Positions 17,902-27,326 of a DNA stretch of 64,000 bases are shown piece after piece (the stretch's first letter is position 1; every line of letters begins with the position of its first letter). Below the pieces are notes generated by a model. It ran no database searches, was not told where the DNA came from, and worked only from the letters and a program-made list of their open reading frames with translations. The position numbers and the translations under genes are program-made. The DNA comes from Fidelibacterota bacterium (GTDB lineage Bacteria > Fidelibacterota > UBA8477 > JABMPR01), in NCBI GenBank assembly GCA_016784025.1, contig JADHVL010000017.1:4892-68891 (forward strand), given 5' to 3'.

Positions 17902-18861
17902 TTGCATGTGTTCCGCGGAGAAATAGTTTTTACAAGCTCGCATAATTGGAAGGGATCAACATTGATTCAATGGCTTAACAGGGCATGCTTACTGTTTTTG
18001 GGACTTGTCATGGTGGCCTGTGAAGATGCCACCATTGATTATACCTCAGATATCGTAGGTATCTATATTGTGGAAACTGCCGTTGTGGATGGAATCACTA
18101 CCAGTTATGGTACTTTACCCATTGAAGAAGCCTGGATTATTGATATCACCACTGACAATTTATTGTCCTATGTGAATGAAGTAAATTTATGTGATTCAAC
18201 CTTCATCCTGGATGCCAGGGTCATTGATGTGGTAACTGATACATCAATTGTTTTTACAGATGATACGGACCTGTACTATAGTGTAGAAGATGGGAAACTT
18301 ACGCTCTTTAATGATGACGATGTGATTGTGCTGGTTGGATATGGATCTGATTTCCCGCCCCCAGCATGGTCAGACCCTCAATTCCTAACCAATGACATAT
18401 ATGAACCAGACAGCAGCTTGAGTCTGGCAACCAGAATATCTGCTGCCGGTGCTATTCAAACTCACTATTCGGCTGTCTGTGATGATGAAGATTTTTTTAT
18501 TTTTGAAGCTCTGAGTGGCACTGTATATATCATTGAAGCTGAGGCCGCCGCAGGTACTGGTATTGATTTAACATTATCTCTGTATTCTTCTGACAGCCTT
18601 GTAGCCTATAATGATGATCAGACAACCTCCAATATTGATCCAAAATTGGAGTGGTCCTGTCTGGTCAGTGGTGATTACTATTTTATTGTAAAAAAATATT
18701 GGGATTATCTGGATCCAGGTAATTCAGAAGATGATAAGAAGGGTGCTTACACTGTCAGTGTTGATGTCACAAAAGGATTACTGAAGACACCACCTCCAGA
18801 GATTATCAAGCTTCATCGACCTGTTCAAAAGACGCGACTATTCCACAAATTTTTCGACTAG
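17902..18861 (+). CDS. Secreted lipoprotein with pre-peptidase C-terminal (PPC)-like domain
   Basis: Lipobox LGLVMVAC. The C-terminal half has the PPC pattern DEDFFIFEALSGTVYIIEAE...LTLSLYSSD...GDYYFIV. The real start is probably the TTG at 17962, preceded by GGAAGGGA. Confidence 0.55.
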   Translation: MHVFRGEIVFTSSHNWKGSTLIQWLNRACLLFLGLVMVACEDATIDYTSDIVGIYIVETAVVDGITTSYGTLPIEEAWIIDITTDNLLSYVNEVNLCDSTFILDARVIDVVTDTSIVFTDDTDLYYSVEDGKLTLFNDDDVIVLVGYGSDFPPPAWSDPQFLTNDIYEPDSSLSLATRISAAGAIQTHYSAVCDDEDFFIFEALSGTVYIIEAEAAAGTGIDLTLSLYSSDSLVAYNDDQTTSNIDPKLEWSCLVSGDYYFIVKKYWDYLDPGNSEDDKKGAYTVSVDVTKGLLKTPPPEIIKLHRPVQKTRLFHKFFD

Positions 18862-18954
18862 CCCCATCCTGCTTGCTTACAGAAAAACATACCTGGTAAT
18901 GCGTATACTTTGCATTAAGAATACTTGCTAAGCTATGGTTCATCGACTATCCTG

Positions 18955-18981
18955 AACTCTTTGTCATTTTGACAAAGAGTT
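18955..18981. promoter_or_regulatory. Perfect 12-bp-arm palindrome upstream of RND operon 1 (operator or terminator hairpin)
   Basis: AACTCTTTGTCA-TTT-TGACAAAGAGTT. Lies 94 nt after the stop at 18861 and 57 nt before the ATG at 19038. No T-run follows. Confidence 0.4.
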
Positions 18982-19037
18982 GTGAAGATGTTTTACACTG
19001 ATAATTGGCACCTCTTATTCAGGGGCGAAGGAAATAT

Positions 19038-20177
19038 ATGAAAAGAAAAGCTCTGGTACTTACACCCCTGGTTCTCCTGGTTGGTGGATTTATAATTATG
19101 AAAATTTTATTCTCTTTTAAAGCAGAAAAACCCAAGCGCAATGCTCAGATTACCCCACGAATTGTGGTTACAACTGTTGTTTCTCTGGGAGAGGTACCTG
19201 CAAAGTTGACCACATATGGAACGTTGGCCAGCAGTCAACCCGTCTCATTGATAAGTGAAGTCTCCGGAACCCTTCAAGCCGGTGATATTCCCTTTCAACC
19301 TGCACAATCCTTTAAAAGGGGTGATCTTCTACTAAAAGTGGATAATCGTCAGATAAATCTGGAACTAAACAGCACCAAAAGTGATTTATTAACGGCCATG
19401 TCTTCGCTCATGCCCGAGATTAAAGTCAGTTCGCCTAAAATATTTCAGGTTTGGCAACAGTATTTTGATTCCATCAATTTTGACGAACCCATTGGAAAGT
19501 TACCCACCACGCAAGACCAGAGACTCAAGGCGCTTCTGGCCAGATACAATATCTTCAAACTTTACTTTGCTGTCCAGAATCTGGAAATCAGAGCTTCAAA
19601 ACATTTTTTCTATGCACCTTTTAATGGATCCATCATATCCACCCAGCTTCGCGATGGCAGCACAGCTGCCCCAGGGAGCAGGTTAGGAGAACTCATCAAT
19701 CTTGAAAAACTTGAAGTTGAGATTCAGGTTCCGGCGAAGGATATCGGCTGGATTCACGAGGGTAGCCCCGTCATACTTGAACCAGAAGAAAATGGCATCA
19801 AGTGGATAGGACATATTGAAAGAATCGGGAATATTATTGATGAACGCTCACAATCGGTTCTAGCCTATATCAAGTTGGATGATACAGGTGACGTAAATCC
19901 CCTGGCCGGCGTATTTGTCAAGGCAGATATCGAAGCTCGTATGATTCCAGAAGCCATCAAAGTGAGTCGCCGTGCTGTCTACGAGGAGTCCTATGTATTT
20001 CTCGTAAATGGTGGTGTTTTCGAGAAACGTCCTGTGGGAATTGCTTTTGATGAGGGTGACTATTACATCATCAATAAGGGACTGACTCAAAATGATACTC
20101 TGGTGACTGAACTTCTCCAGGGTGTATCGGCAGGGATGCCAGCTCGATCGCGCAATGCTTCTGAATCCAGAGAGTAA
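19038..20177 (+). CDS. Efflux RND transporter periplasmic adaptor subunit (MFP/HlyD_D23 family)
   Basis: N-terminal TM anchor and a coiled-coil/barrel pattern. The ATG at 19038 follows GAAGGA; the track ORF starts at TTG 19005. The gene sits 8 nt before the RND pump gene. Confidence 0.85.
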   Translation: MKRKALVLTPLVLLVGGFIIMKILFSFKAEKPKRNAQITPRIVVTTVVSLGEVPAKLTTYGTLASSQPVSLISEVSGTLQAGDIPFQPAQSFKRGDLLLKVDNRQINLELNSTKSDLLTAMSSLMPEIKVSSPKIFQVWQQYFDSINFDEPIGKLPTTQDQRLKALLARYNIFKLYFAVQNLEIRASKHFFYAPFNGSIISTQLRDGSTAAPGSRLGELINLEKLEVEIQVPAKDIGWIHEGSPVILEPEENGIKWIGHIERIGNIIDERSQSVLAYIKLDDTGDVNPLAGVFVKADIEARMIPEAIKVSRRAVYEESYVFLVNGGVFEKRPVGIAFDEGDYYIINKGLTQNDTLVTELLQGVSAGMPARSRNASESRE

Positions 20178-20185
20178 TTAATCTA

Positions 20186-23100
20186 ATGCGACGTGTTATA
20201 GAGTTTTTTGCCCGCTATCCTATCTGGACCAATGTGCTATTGGTTACTGTGCTTCTTTTTGGAGGACTTGCTCTATCTAATCTGCGCTACTCCACCTTTC
20301 CCGAAATTGCTCCGAACCGCATTATTATTCAAGTTCTATACCCTGGTGCTTCACCTGATGAGGTAGAAGAAGGGGTCATCCTCAAAATTGAGGAAAACCT
20401 GGATGGTCTTGATGGTATAGAGAGAGTTACATCCACATCCTCAGAAAACGTCGGGTCGGTCAATATTGAAGCCATTCGTGGTGCTGATATGGATAAAGTC
20501 CTCACCGATGTTAAAAATGCCGTCGATCGAATTGGTTCTTTTCCAGTAAGTGCTGAAAAACCGGTGGTGTACCAGCAAAAATTTAGATCGAGAGCTCTGT
20601 CTATTGTTCTTTTTGGTGAAACTGATTTAAAGACCATGAAGGTTTTTGCCGAGAACATGCGGGACGAGCTCATTGCTTCTCCGGAAATTTCACAGGTCGC
20701 CATACAGGGTTATCCTGGTCTTGAGATTTCTATTGAAGTTTCTGAAGCCAATCTACGGCGCTTCCAACTGACCTTTGATGAAATTTCACGACGCATTCAG
20801 TCAGAAAATGTGAATCTCTCAGGTGGTAAATTTGAAACCCAGGATGAAGAGATTCTTATTCGGGCTTATGGTCGTGAATATGAAGCCACCGAGCTGGCCA
20901 ATCTGGTCATCAGAGGAGATAGTGATGGAAATCTGATTTTCCTTAAGGATGTGGCTACCATTCGTGAAAGATGGGCTGATTCTCCCAATAAATCCTATTA
21001 CAATGGCCATACAGCAGTGGTCTTAAATGTTAGTAAAACCCGTGAAGAGAATGTCATTACTGTTGCAGATTTATCCAAAGAGCTGGTTGAGAAATTCAAT
21101 TCGGAGAACTCTGTAATTCAAGCTATGGTTCTGGCTGACAACACCATCAGCTTACGCCAACGACTCGACCTCTTGATCAATAATGGATTTATCGGGTTGA
21201 TGCTGGTAATCCTCAGTCTCAGTTTCTTTTTGAACTTGAGGATTTCCTTCTGGGTGGCCATAGGTATTCCATTCTCATTTGCTGGGATGTTTCTGGTCTT
21301 GAGTTTTGCCGGGATCACCCTGAATGTTATATCCTTGTTTGGCATGATCATCGTCATCGGAATTCTTGTGGATGATGCAATTGTGGTTTCTGAAAGCATT
21401 TTTAGCGAGTTTGAAAAGGGTAAAAAAGGCATTCGAGCTGCCATTGATGGAACCCTTATCATGCTGGGACCAGTAACCACTTCGGTCATGACCACAATAC
21501 TCGTTTTTCTCCCCTTCTTCTTCCTGGATGGCTTCTTAGGGCGTTTTATCTGGAATTTGGCTGCAGTTGTAGTGGCAGCCCTGGTCTTTTCGCTTGTAGA
21601 GTCTTTTCTCATTCTCCCTGCCCACCTTGCCCATTCCAAAGGTTTGCACGCTCACAGTAAAGATTCAAAGATACGCAAGCGAATCGAGAAGATCATTCAT
21701 TTCATGACTCACCGCATGTACGCCCCTTCATTGAAGTATGCCTTACGATATAAATGGGTCACGGTAACCATGCCCGTCGTCTTTGTATTAATCACTGCCG
21801 GTCTCTTTGGAGGCGGATTCATAGGTTTTACTTTTTTCCCATTTATTGATGGAGATACACTGCCAATTAATGTCAGTCTTGTAGCAGGACGACAGGAGGC
21901 AGATGTAGATAAATTTCTGGCCGAAATCGAAGGTGTGGTTTGGTCAGTCAATGAAGAGATGAGCGCTGATAGGGAAGATAACCTCAAATACATTTTGGGG
22001 ATAAAGAGGGATATTGGTAGTAATGATTTTGGTGATGCTGGAAGCCATGCCGGTAAGTTGACACTTCAACTTTTGGATGGTGAATTACGAGGTATGGACA
22101 GCTTTGTTTTAGCCAACAAAATTCGGAAAGCTGTGGGACCCCAGCCAGAAGCTCAAAAGATCTCATTTGGTCGAGCCAGTATGTTTGGAAAACCTGTCTC
22201 TGTCAGTCTGTTGGGCAGCAATATGGATGAACTGAGAAAAGCCAGCGATCTTCTCACTGCAGAATTGCAGCAATTTTCCACTTTAAGAGATGTGTCTCTG
22301 GGTACCAAAGAGGGGCGACGGGAAATTGATATCACTTTAAAGCCCCTGGCCTATTCCTTGGGTCTTACCCTCAGGGATGTCGCCGGTCAGGTTCGTCAGG
22401 GGTTTTTTGGACAGGAAGTCCAGCGAATTCAGCGTGGACGTGATGAAATTCGAGTCTGGGTGCGCTATTCACCAGAGGATCGTTCCTCATTGGGATATCT
22501 AGATCGCATGCTTATTCGAACTCAAAATGGCCAGGAGTACCCCTTTGGGGAACTGGCAACCTATACCCTCAAACGCGGGATTACATCCATCAGCCATCTT
22601 GATAAAAAACGTGAATTGACAGTTGAGGCTGATCTGGCAGATGGAAGTCTGGATTTACCTCCGATCCTGGCAGAGATTCGGGAAGAGGTAATACCTCGTG
22701 TCCTATCTCAGGTCCAGGGTGTGCAAGTCTCGTATGAAGGTCAATCCAGGGATCAGGCTAAAACCGGTGCAAGTTTCCGCAGGACCTTCCCGTTGGCCTT
22801 TATGGGTATGTTTATTTTACTGATCCTTGTTTTCAGATCTTATGTACAAGCCTTGCTTATTTTTGGACTGATACCTTTTGGTGTGATTGGTGCATTCTGG
22901 GGGCATGGCTTACACGGTATCCAGGTGAACACGCTTTCTGTATATGGGATTCTTGCACTCACAGGTATTATCGTAAATGATAGTATTGTATTGGTGGATA
23001 AAATTAATCGGAATCTAAAAGAGGGCATGAAGCTATACGATGCTGTCTTTGATGCCGGTGTCAGTCGCCTGCGCCCCATCCTGTTGACAACTTTCACTAC

Positions 23101-23371
23101 AGCCTTTGGATTGGCTCCTTTGATTTTCGAGACGAGTCGACAGGCACAGTTCCTGATTCCCATGGCCATTTCTCTGGCCTATGGTTTACTCTTTGGAACC
23201 TTCCTCATCCTGGTGGTATTGCCATCAAGTTATCTCGTGACCAATCGAGCACGAGTGATGTGGATGAAGTTATACCATGGCATGAATGTGAGTCCAGAAG
23301 ATATTGAGCCCGCCATGCAGGAGTTAAAGGCGAGTGCCCCAATAAATCATGTTGACCCTGAGGCTGCTTAG
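20186..23371 (+). CDS. Efflux RND transporter permease (AcrB/AcrD/AcrF family)
   Basis: 1061 aa with the 12-TM / two large periplasmic loop architecture typical of HAE-type RND pumps. Confidence 0.95.
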   Translation: MRRVIEFFARYPIWTNVLLVTVLLFGGLALSNLRYSTFPEIAPNRIIIQVLYPGASPDEVEEGVILKIEENLDGLDGIERVTSTSSENVGSVNIEAIRGADMDKVLTDVKNAVDRIGSFPVSAEKPVVYQQKFRSRALSIVLFGETDLKTMKVFAENMRDELIASPEISQVAIQGYPGLEISIEVSEANLRRFQLTFDEISRRIQSENVNLSGGKFETQDEEILIRAYGREYEATELANLVIRGDSDGNLIFLKDVATIRERWADSPNKSYYNGHTAVVLNVSKTREENVITVADLSKELVEKFNSENSVIQAMVLADNTISLRQRLDLLINNGFIGLMLVILSLSFFLNLRISFWVAIGIPFSFAGMFLVLSFAGITLNVISLFGMIIVIGILVDDAIVVSESIFSEFEKGKKGIRAAIDGTLIMLGPVTTSVMTTILVFLPFFFLDGFLGRFIWNLAAVVVAALVFSLVESFLILPAHLAHSKGLHAHSKDSKIRKRIEKIIHFMTHRMYAPSLKYALRYKWVTVTMPVVFVLITAGLFGGGFIGFTFFPFIDGDTLPINVSLVAGRQEADVDKFLAEIEGVVWSVNEEMSADREDNLKYILGIKRDIGSNDFGDAGSHAGKLTLQLLDGELRGMDSFVLANKIRKAVGPQPEAQKISFGRASMFGKPVSVSLLGSNMDELRKASDLLTAELQQFSTLRDVSLGTKEGRREIDITLKPLAYSLGLTLRDVAGQVRQGFFGQEVQRIQRGRDEIRVWVRYSPEDRSSLGYLDRMLIRTQNGQEYPFGELATYTLKRGITSISHLDKKRELTVEADLADGSLDLPPILAEIREEVIPRVLSQVQGVQVSYEGQSRDQAKTGASFRRTFPLAFMGMFILLILVFRSYVQALLIFGLIPFGVIGAFWGHGLHGIQVNTLSVYGILALTGIIVNDSIVLVDKINRNLKEGMKLYDAVFDAGVSRLRPILLTTFTTAFGLAPLIFETSRQAQFLIPMAISLAYGLLFGTFLILVVLPSSYLVTNRARVMWMKLYHGMNVSPEDIEPAMQELKASAPINHVDPEAA

Positions 23372-23577
23372 TAGATTTTTTCCCTGATAAGGGACAGTTT
23401 CATTTATGTGTCAAATGATTTCCAGGATTGCTTCATTGTTAAGTCGAAATAGTTATCCCTATTTAATTCAACAAATATAAGTCTTTACCAAAACAATTAT
23501 TCCCCTTCAAGGGTGTAAGAAGGCTTGCTATCCCACAATCATTTTCTATATTTGAAATATACCAAACGCAGGATGTT

Positions 23578-24054
23578 ATGAATATGGATGAATTAAAACA
23601 CGAATTTGTGAATCGCTTTGGCGACGCTTATAAAGATTTTGGTCTCCCAGTTCTGATGGGGAGAATTGTAGGCTTGCTCTTGTACTGGGATGAGCCCATG
23701 TCTCTGGACACCATGACCGATGAGCTACATGTAAGTAAGGGTCCAGTGAGCCAGATATTGAGACGCTTGAGAGATCACAATCTAGTGAAACGAATCTGGG
23801 TTGGCGGTGACCGCAAAGATTATTACCAGGTGGTGGATCACGTATTCCTTCAGGCTTTTATTAATCAGGCCGAGCTATTGCGTAGAAACCTGACCCTGGC
23901 AAAAGAGTTTGAACGGAAACTCCGGAACAATGACAAACCTGAAAATGCAAAATTTAAATCTCGCATGAAAGAAATGGTTCAATTCAACTCGCAGATGCAG
24001 GAATACCTGAACTCATTTATTGATAAGTGGCGAGAGGAACAAACTGACCTGTAG
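23578..24054 (+). CDS. GbsR/OpuAR-type MarR-superfamily transcriptional regulator
   Basis: FGLPVLMGRIVGLLLYWDEPMSLDTMTDELHVSKGPVSQILRRLRDHNLVKRIWVGGDRKDYY is collinear with the B. subtilis GbsR core (GLPRTTGRIYGYLLL.DEP..LD...L..SKG..S..R.L....I.KVW..GERKDYF). Confidence 0.7.
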   Translation: MNMDELKHEFVNRFGDAYKDFGLPVLMGRIVGLLLYWDEPMSLDTMTDELHVSKGPVSQILRRLRDHNLVKRIWVGGDRKDYYQVVDHVFLQAFINQAELLRRNLTLAKEFERKLRNNDKPENAKFKSRMKEMVQFNSQMQEYLNSFIDKWREEQTDL

Positions 24055-24071
24055 ATCAGATTGAGGAAAGC

Positions 24072-24815
24072 ATGAATAAACTCAAAGCAAAAGTTACAAT
24101 CATTACTGGAGGTGCTGCTGGAATCGGTATGGCCACCGTAGAAAAATTCCTGGCAGAAGGAGCTATCGTATCTGCCTGGGATATTAATCAGGAGATGGGT
24201 GATGCTCTCATTGCGAATCTCCAAACTCCCGACAATAGACTTGAATTTCGGGCAGTGGATGTGACTGACGAGAGTTCAGTTAACGCTGCTGTGGCAGCCA
24301 TCGTTGAAAAATATGGTCAGCTTGATGTGTTGATCAATAACGCTGGCATCACCAGAGATGCCACCCTCCTCAAAATGGAAGGGGCTGCTTTTGACCAGGT
24401 CATCGATGTGAATTTAAAAGCCGTATTTGTTTGTGGCCAAGCCGCAGCCAAACAAATGGTTCCCCAGGGCTCAGGGGTCATCCTGAATGCCAGCTCGGTT
24501 GTGGGACTCTATGGGAATTTTGGTCAGACTAATTATGTCGCTTCAAAGGCTGGTGTTATTGGAATGACTCAAGTATGGGCCAGAGAGCTGGGGCGCAAGG
24601 GCGTGCGTGTAAATGCGGTCGCCCCTGGATTTATTGCCACAGAGATGGTTAAAAAAATGCCCGAAAAGGTCATTGAGATGATGGCGGGTAAAGCACCCAT
24701 GCAACGTATCGGTGAACCCTCGGAAGTCGCGTCGGCCTACGCGTTTCTGGCCTCAGACGAAGCCTCCTTTATTCATGGCACCACACTCTCAGTAGATGGA
24801 GGTTTGATTTCCTGA
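24072..24815 (+). CDS. fabG: 3-oxoacyl-[ACP] reductase-like SDR (FabG family)
   Basis: TGGAAGIG Rossmann motif, NNAG, and a Ser...YVASK catalytic set. 247 aa. Confidence 0.8.
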   Translation: MNKLKAKVTIITGGAAGIGMATVEKFLAEGAIVSAWDINQEMGDALIANLQTPDNRLEFRAVDVTDESSVNAAVAAIVEKYGQLDVLINNAGITRDATLLKMEGAAFDQVIDVNLKAVFVCGQAAAKQMVPQGSGVILNASSVVGLYGNFGQTNYVASKAGVIGMTQVWARELGRKGVRVNAVAPGFIATEMVKKMPEKVIEMMAGKAPMQRIGEPSEVASAYAFLASDEASFIHGTTLSVDGGLIS

Positions 24816-25810
24816 TGCCAGAACTCCGCAACGCACGAATTCTATCAACAGGTACAGCTGTACCTGATCGCATACTCCCGAACTCATATTTTGATGACAT
24901 CCTGGGCGAGAATGTTTCGGAATGGTTGGAAGATAACCTCACTATAAAGGAACGTCGCTGGTTATCAGATGGTGAAAGCGTAGCCGAGCTTATTGAATCA
25001 TCTGCACGAACCATTTTGGCAAATGCCAAGGTGATGCCAGAAGAACTCGATCTCATCATTATTTCAACTGATACACCAGAATATATTTCACCATCAACTG
25101 CCTCAGTCATTCAGGACCGCCTGGGGGCTTCTGGAGCTGGAACATTTGATTTGAATGCCGCCTGCGCAGGATTTGTAACTGCAATTGATATGGGTGCTAA
25201 ATACATCCAATCTGATCCCAAGTATAAATACATACTGGTCATCGGAGCCTATGGGATGTCACGCTATCTGGATTTGCATGACAAAAAGACTGTAACTCTA
25301 TTTGCCGATGGTGCTTCTGGTGTTTTGCTGGGAGTCGACCCAAAGGGAGTTGGTCATCTCCAGGGATTGCTGCACACAGAAGGACAGTATGCAGACTGGA
25401 TGGGGATCTATGCAGGTGGAGTGAAAACTCCTGTAACTGAAAAAGTGCTGGAGAATAAAGATCATCTCCTGAAATTTGTTAAAAAGTTCCCCAAAGAACT
25501 CAATCCCATCACCTGGGAAAAAATGGTACGCAAAGTTGTTGCAGATGGGGGCTACGAACTGTCTGATGTGGAGCAGATCTTTTTTACCCAGATCAATATC
25601 AACAGTATTAGGGCTACCATGGAAGCACTTGATCTACCCATGGCAAAAGCTCAGACCGTTATGTCTAATTATGGGTATACAGGTTCAGCGTGTATTCCAA
25701 TGGCTTTGAATGAAGCTCACAAGCAAGGCAAACTGAGCCGAGGCGATCTGGTTGTATTTATGGGTTCAGGTGGCGGACTGGCTTTTGCGTGCTCAGCGTG
25801 GATATGGTAA
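24815..25810 (+). CDS. KAS III (FabH)-like protein with non-canonical active site
   Basis: 331 aa. The nucleophile motif NAACAGF is present. The positions aligning to FabH PHQAN and GNTSAAS read FFTQIN and GYTGSAC, so His becomes Thr and Asn becomes Tyr by my manual alignment (30-residue spacing conserved). Confidence 0.8.
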   Translation: MPELRNARILSTGTAVPDRILPNSYFDDILGENVSEWLEDNLTIKERRWLSDGESVAELIESSARTILANAKVMPEELDLIIISTDTPEYISPSTASVIQDRLGASGAGTFDLNAACAGFVTAIDMGAKYIQSDPKYKYILVIGAYGMSRYLDLHDKKTVTLFADGASGVLLGVDPKGVGHLQGLLHTEGQYADWMGIYAGGVKTPVTEKVLENKDHLLKFVKKFPKELNPITWEKMVRKVVADGGYELSDVEQIFFTQININSIRATMEALDLPMAKAQTVMSNYGYTGSACIPMALNEAHKQGKLSRGDLVVFMGSGGGLAFACSAWIW

Positions 25811-25820
25811 GGAGTAAACC

Positions 25821-27326
25821 ATGAATTCGAACACAGATATGGTCTTATACAGTTGGATTCTGATGATTCTACTGGCTAGCGGTATTCTTGTGCTGGTTGT
25901 CAGGGGAGCTCGGAAAACCAAGAGTATGCATGATTACGCTCTGGGATCGTTTTTGTTTTCACCTGCTGCTGTAGGAATTTCACTGGCAGCTTCCATGACC
26001 AGTGCAGCCACCTTTATTATCAATCCTGGCTTTATTGCCATTTATGGTATCTCAGCTGTGATTTCATATGCCGTGGTGTTGCCTCTAGCAGCCATGGTTT
26101 CGCTGGTGATCCTCAGTAAGGGATTTCGTAAATTCGGAGCAACGGTAAAGGTGATTACCTTGTCGCAATGGATGGGCGTACGCTACAACAGTAAGGGCTA
26201 TCAGACCTTTTTTGCCATTTTGTCACTGCTTCTGATCACATTTATCGTTCTTATTGTTGTGGGTCTTACTAAAGTATTGTCAAGCACTCTGGCCATATCA
26301 GAAATGGCTGCCTTGCTGGGGATAGTCATTTTTATTTTTGGTTATATGATGTTCGGTGGCGCAAACTCAATGGTCTATACCAACACCATACAGGGCTCTA
26401 TCATGTTGGTGGTGGCTTTCCTGTTATTGGGCTCCGGATATGAACATTTTAGTGCCGGCATCCATGGATTTTTAGACAAGCTATCCAGTATTGATCCTGA
26501 TCTGGTGGGCACCACAAACACCAATAGTTTCCTCTTCAGGGACTGGTTTGAAATTGGAATCGTTCAAATAGTTGTGGGTGTGGCTATCGTCTGTCAACCT
26601 CATATCATCACAAAAAGTCTGCTGCTCAAGGATGACAAAAGTGTCAATCGCTTTTTAGTGGTCGCAGTAGTCACGGAGCTGATTTTCTTTAGTGTGGTGA
26701 TTGCAGGGCTGTACGCCAGGATTGCTTTCCCAGATTTGGCCGTGGGAGGTACAGCCTTAAAAATGGATGGTATCATTCCAGCCTATGTTCTCCATGAATT
26801 TCCTGTATTCATCGGTTTATTTGTGGTTCTGGGTTTGATAGCGGCTGGTTTGAGTACCCTGGAGGGATTGATTCAGAGTATATCAACAACAATGACTGAA
26901 GATCTGATTAAACCAGCAATAAGCAAATTTCGAGGGGAATATCCTGATGATGGTATGATGATAAAGATTAATCGTCTTGTCATTGTCATTTTGGCTATAG
27001 TCGCAATTATTCTATCACGACAACAACTCCTGTTTCCAAAACTATCTGTGGCAATTTTTGCCCAGAATGGGGTTTATGCTTTCTTTGCAGCAGCCTTTTT
27101 CCCCATTCTCTTTGGTATGTTTTCGAAAAGGACACCCCAATTGGCCGCTATTGTTGCCAGTGTCACTGCTGTTGTTGTCCACTTTTCCATGTATTATGGA
27201 AAAATATCTGTTCCATTTACCCTGGCGACAGGTGAAAACCCAGGTGTAGCCGCTGCAGTGGCCATTGTTTTATCACTTATGGTGGGATCTATCATTTTCC
27301 AATTAAAGAAGGAGCCCCTGTCTTGA
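25821..27326 (+). CDS. Sodium:solute symporter (SSS) family transporter
   Basis: 501 aa, about 13 TM segments, with SSS-type organisation. Confidence 0.8.
   Translation: MNSNTDMVLYSWILMILLASGILVLVVRGARKTKSMHDYALGSFLFSPAAVGISLAASMTSAATFIINPGFIAIYGISAVISYAVVLPLAAMVSLVILSKGFRKFGATVKVITLSQWMGVRYNSKGYQTFFAILSLLLITFIVLIVVGLTKVLSSTLAISEMAALLGIVIFIFGYMMFGGANSMVYTNTIQGSIMLVVAFLLLGSGYEHFSAGIHGFLDKLSSIDPDLVGTTNTNSFLFRDWFEIGIVQIVVGVAIVCQPHIITKSLLLKDDKSVNRFLVVAVVTELIFFSVVIAGLYARIAFPDLAVGGTALKMDGIIPAYVLHEFPVFIGLFVVLGLIAAGLSTLEGLIQSISTTMTEDLIKPAISKFRGEYPDDGMMIKINRLVIVILAIVAIILSRQQLLFPKLSVAIFAQNGVYAFFAAAFFPILFGMFSKRTPQLAAIVASVTAVVVHFSMYYGKISVPFTLATGENPGVAAAVAIVLSLMVGSIIFQLKKEPLS

Noticed and set aside
20329-23169. 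Multiple 60-173-aa antisense ORFs lie inside RND pump gene 1. Similar ones occur inside htpG, the ZIP gene, gatE, RND pump 2 and the T9SS paralogs.
   Set aside because: They sit opposite long, family-assigned genes, have biased low-complexity composition (Ser/Arg/Pro-rich) and no start context. I treat them as spurious.
23547-23561. The palindrome TATATTTGAAATATA upstream of the GbsR-like gene could be an autoregulatory operator.
   Set aside because: It is kept only as a note inside a broader finding. It consists almost entirely of A and T in an AT-rich spacer and may equally be a -10-like promoter region, so the evidence is too weak for a separate call.
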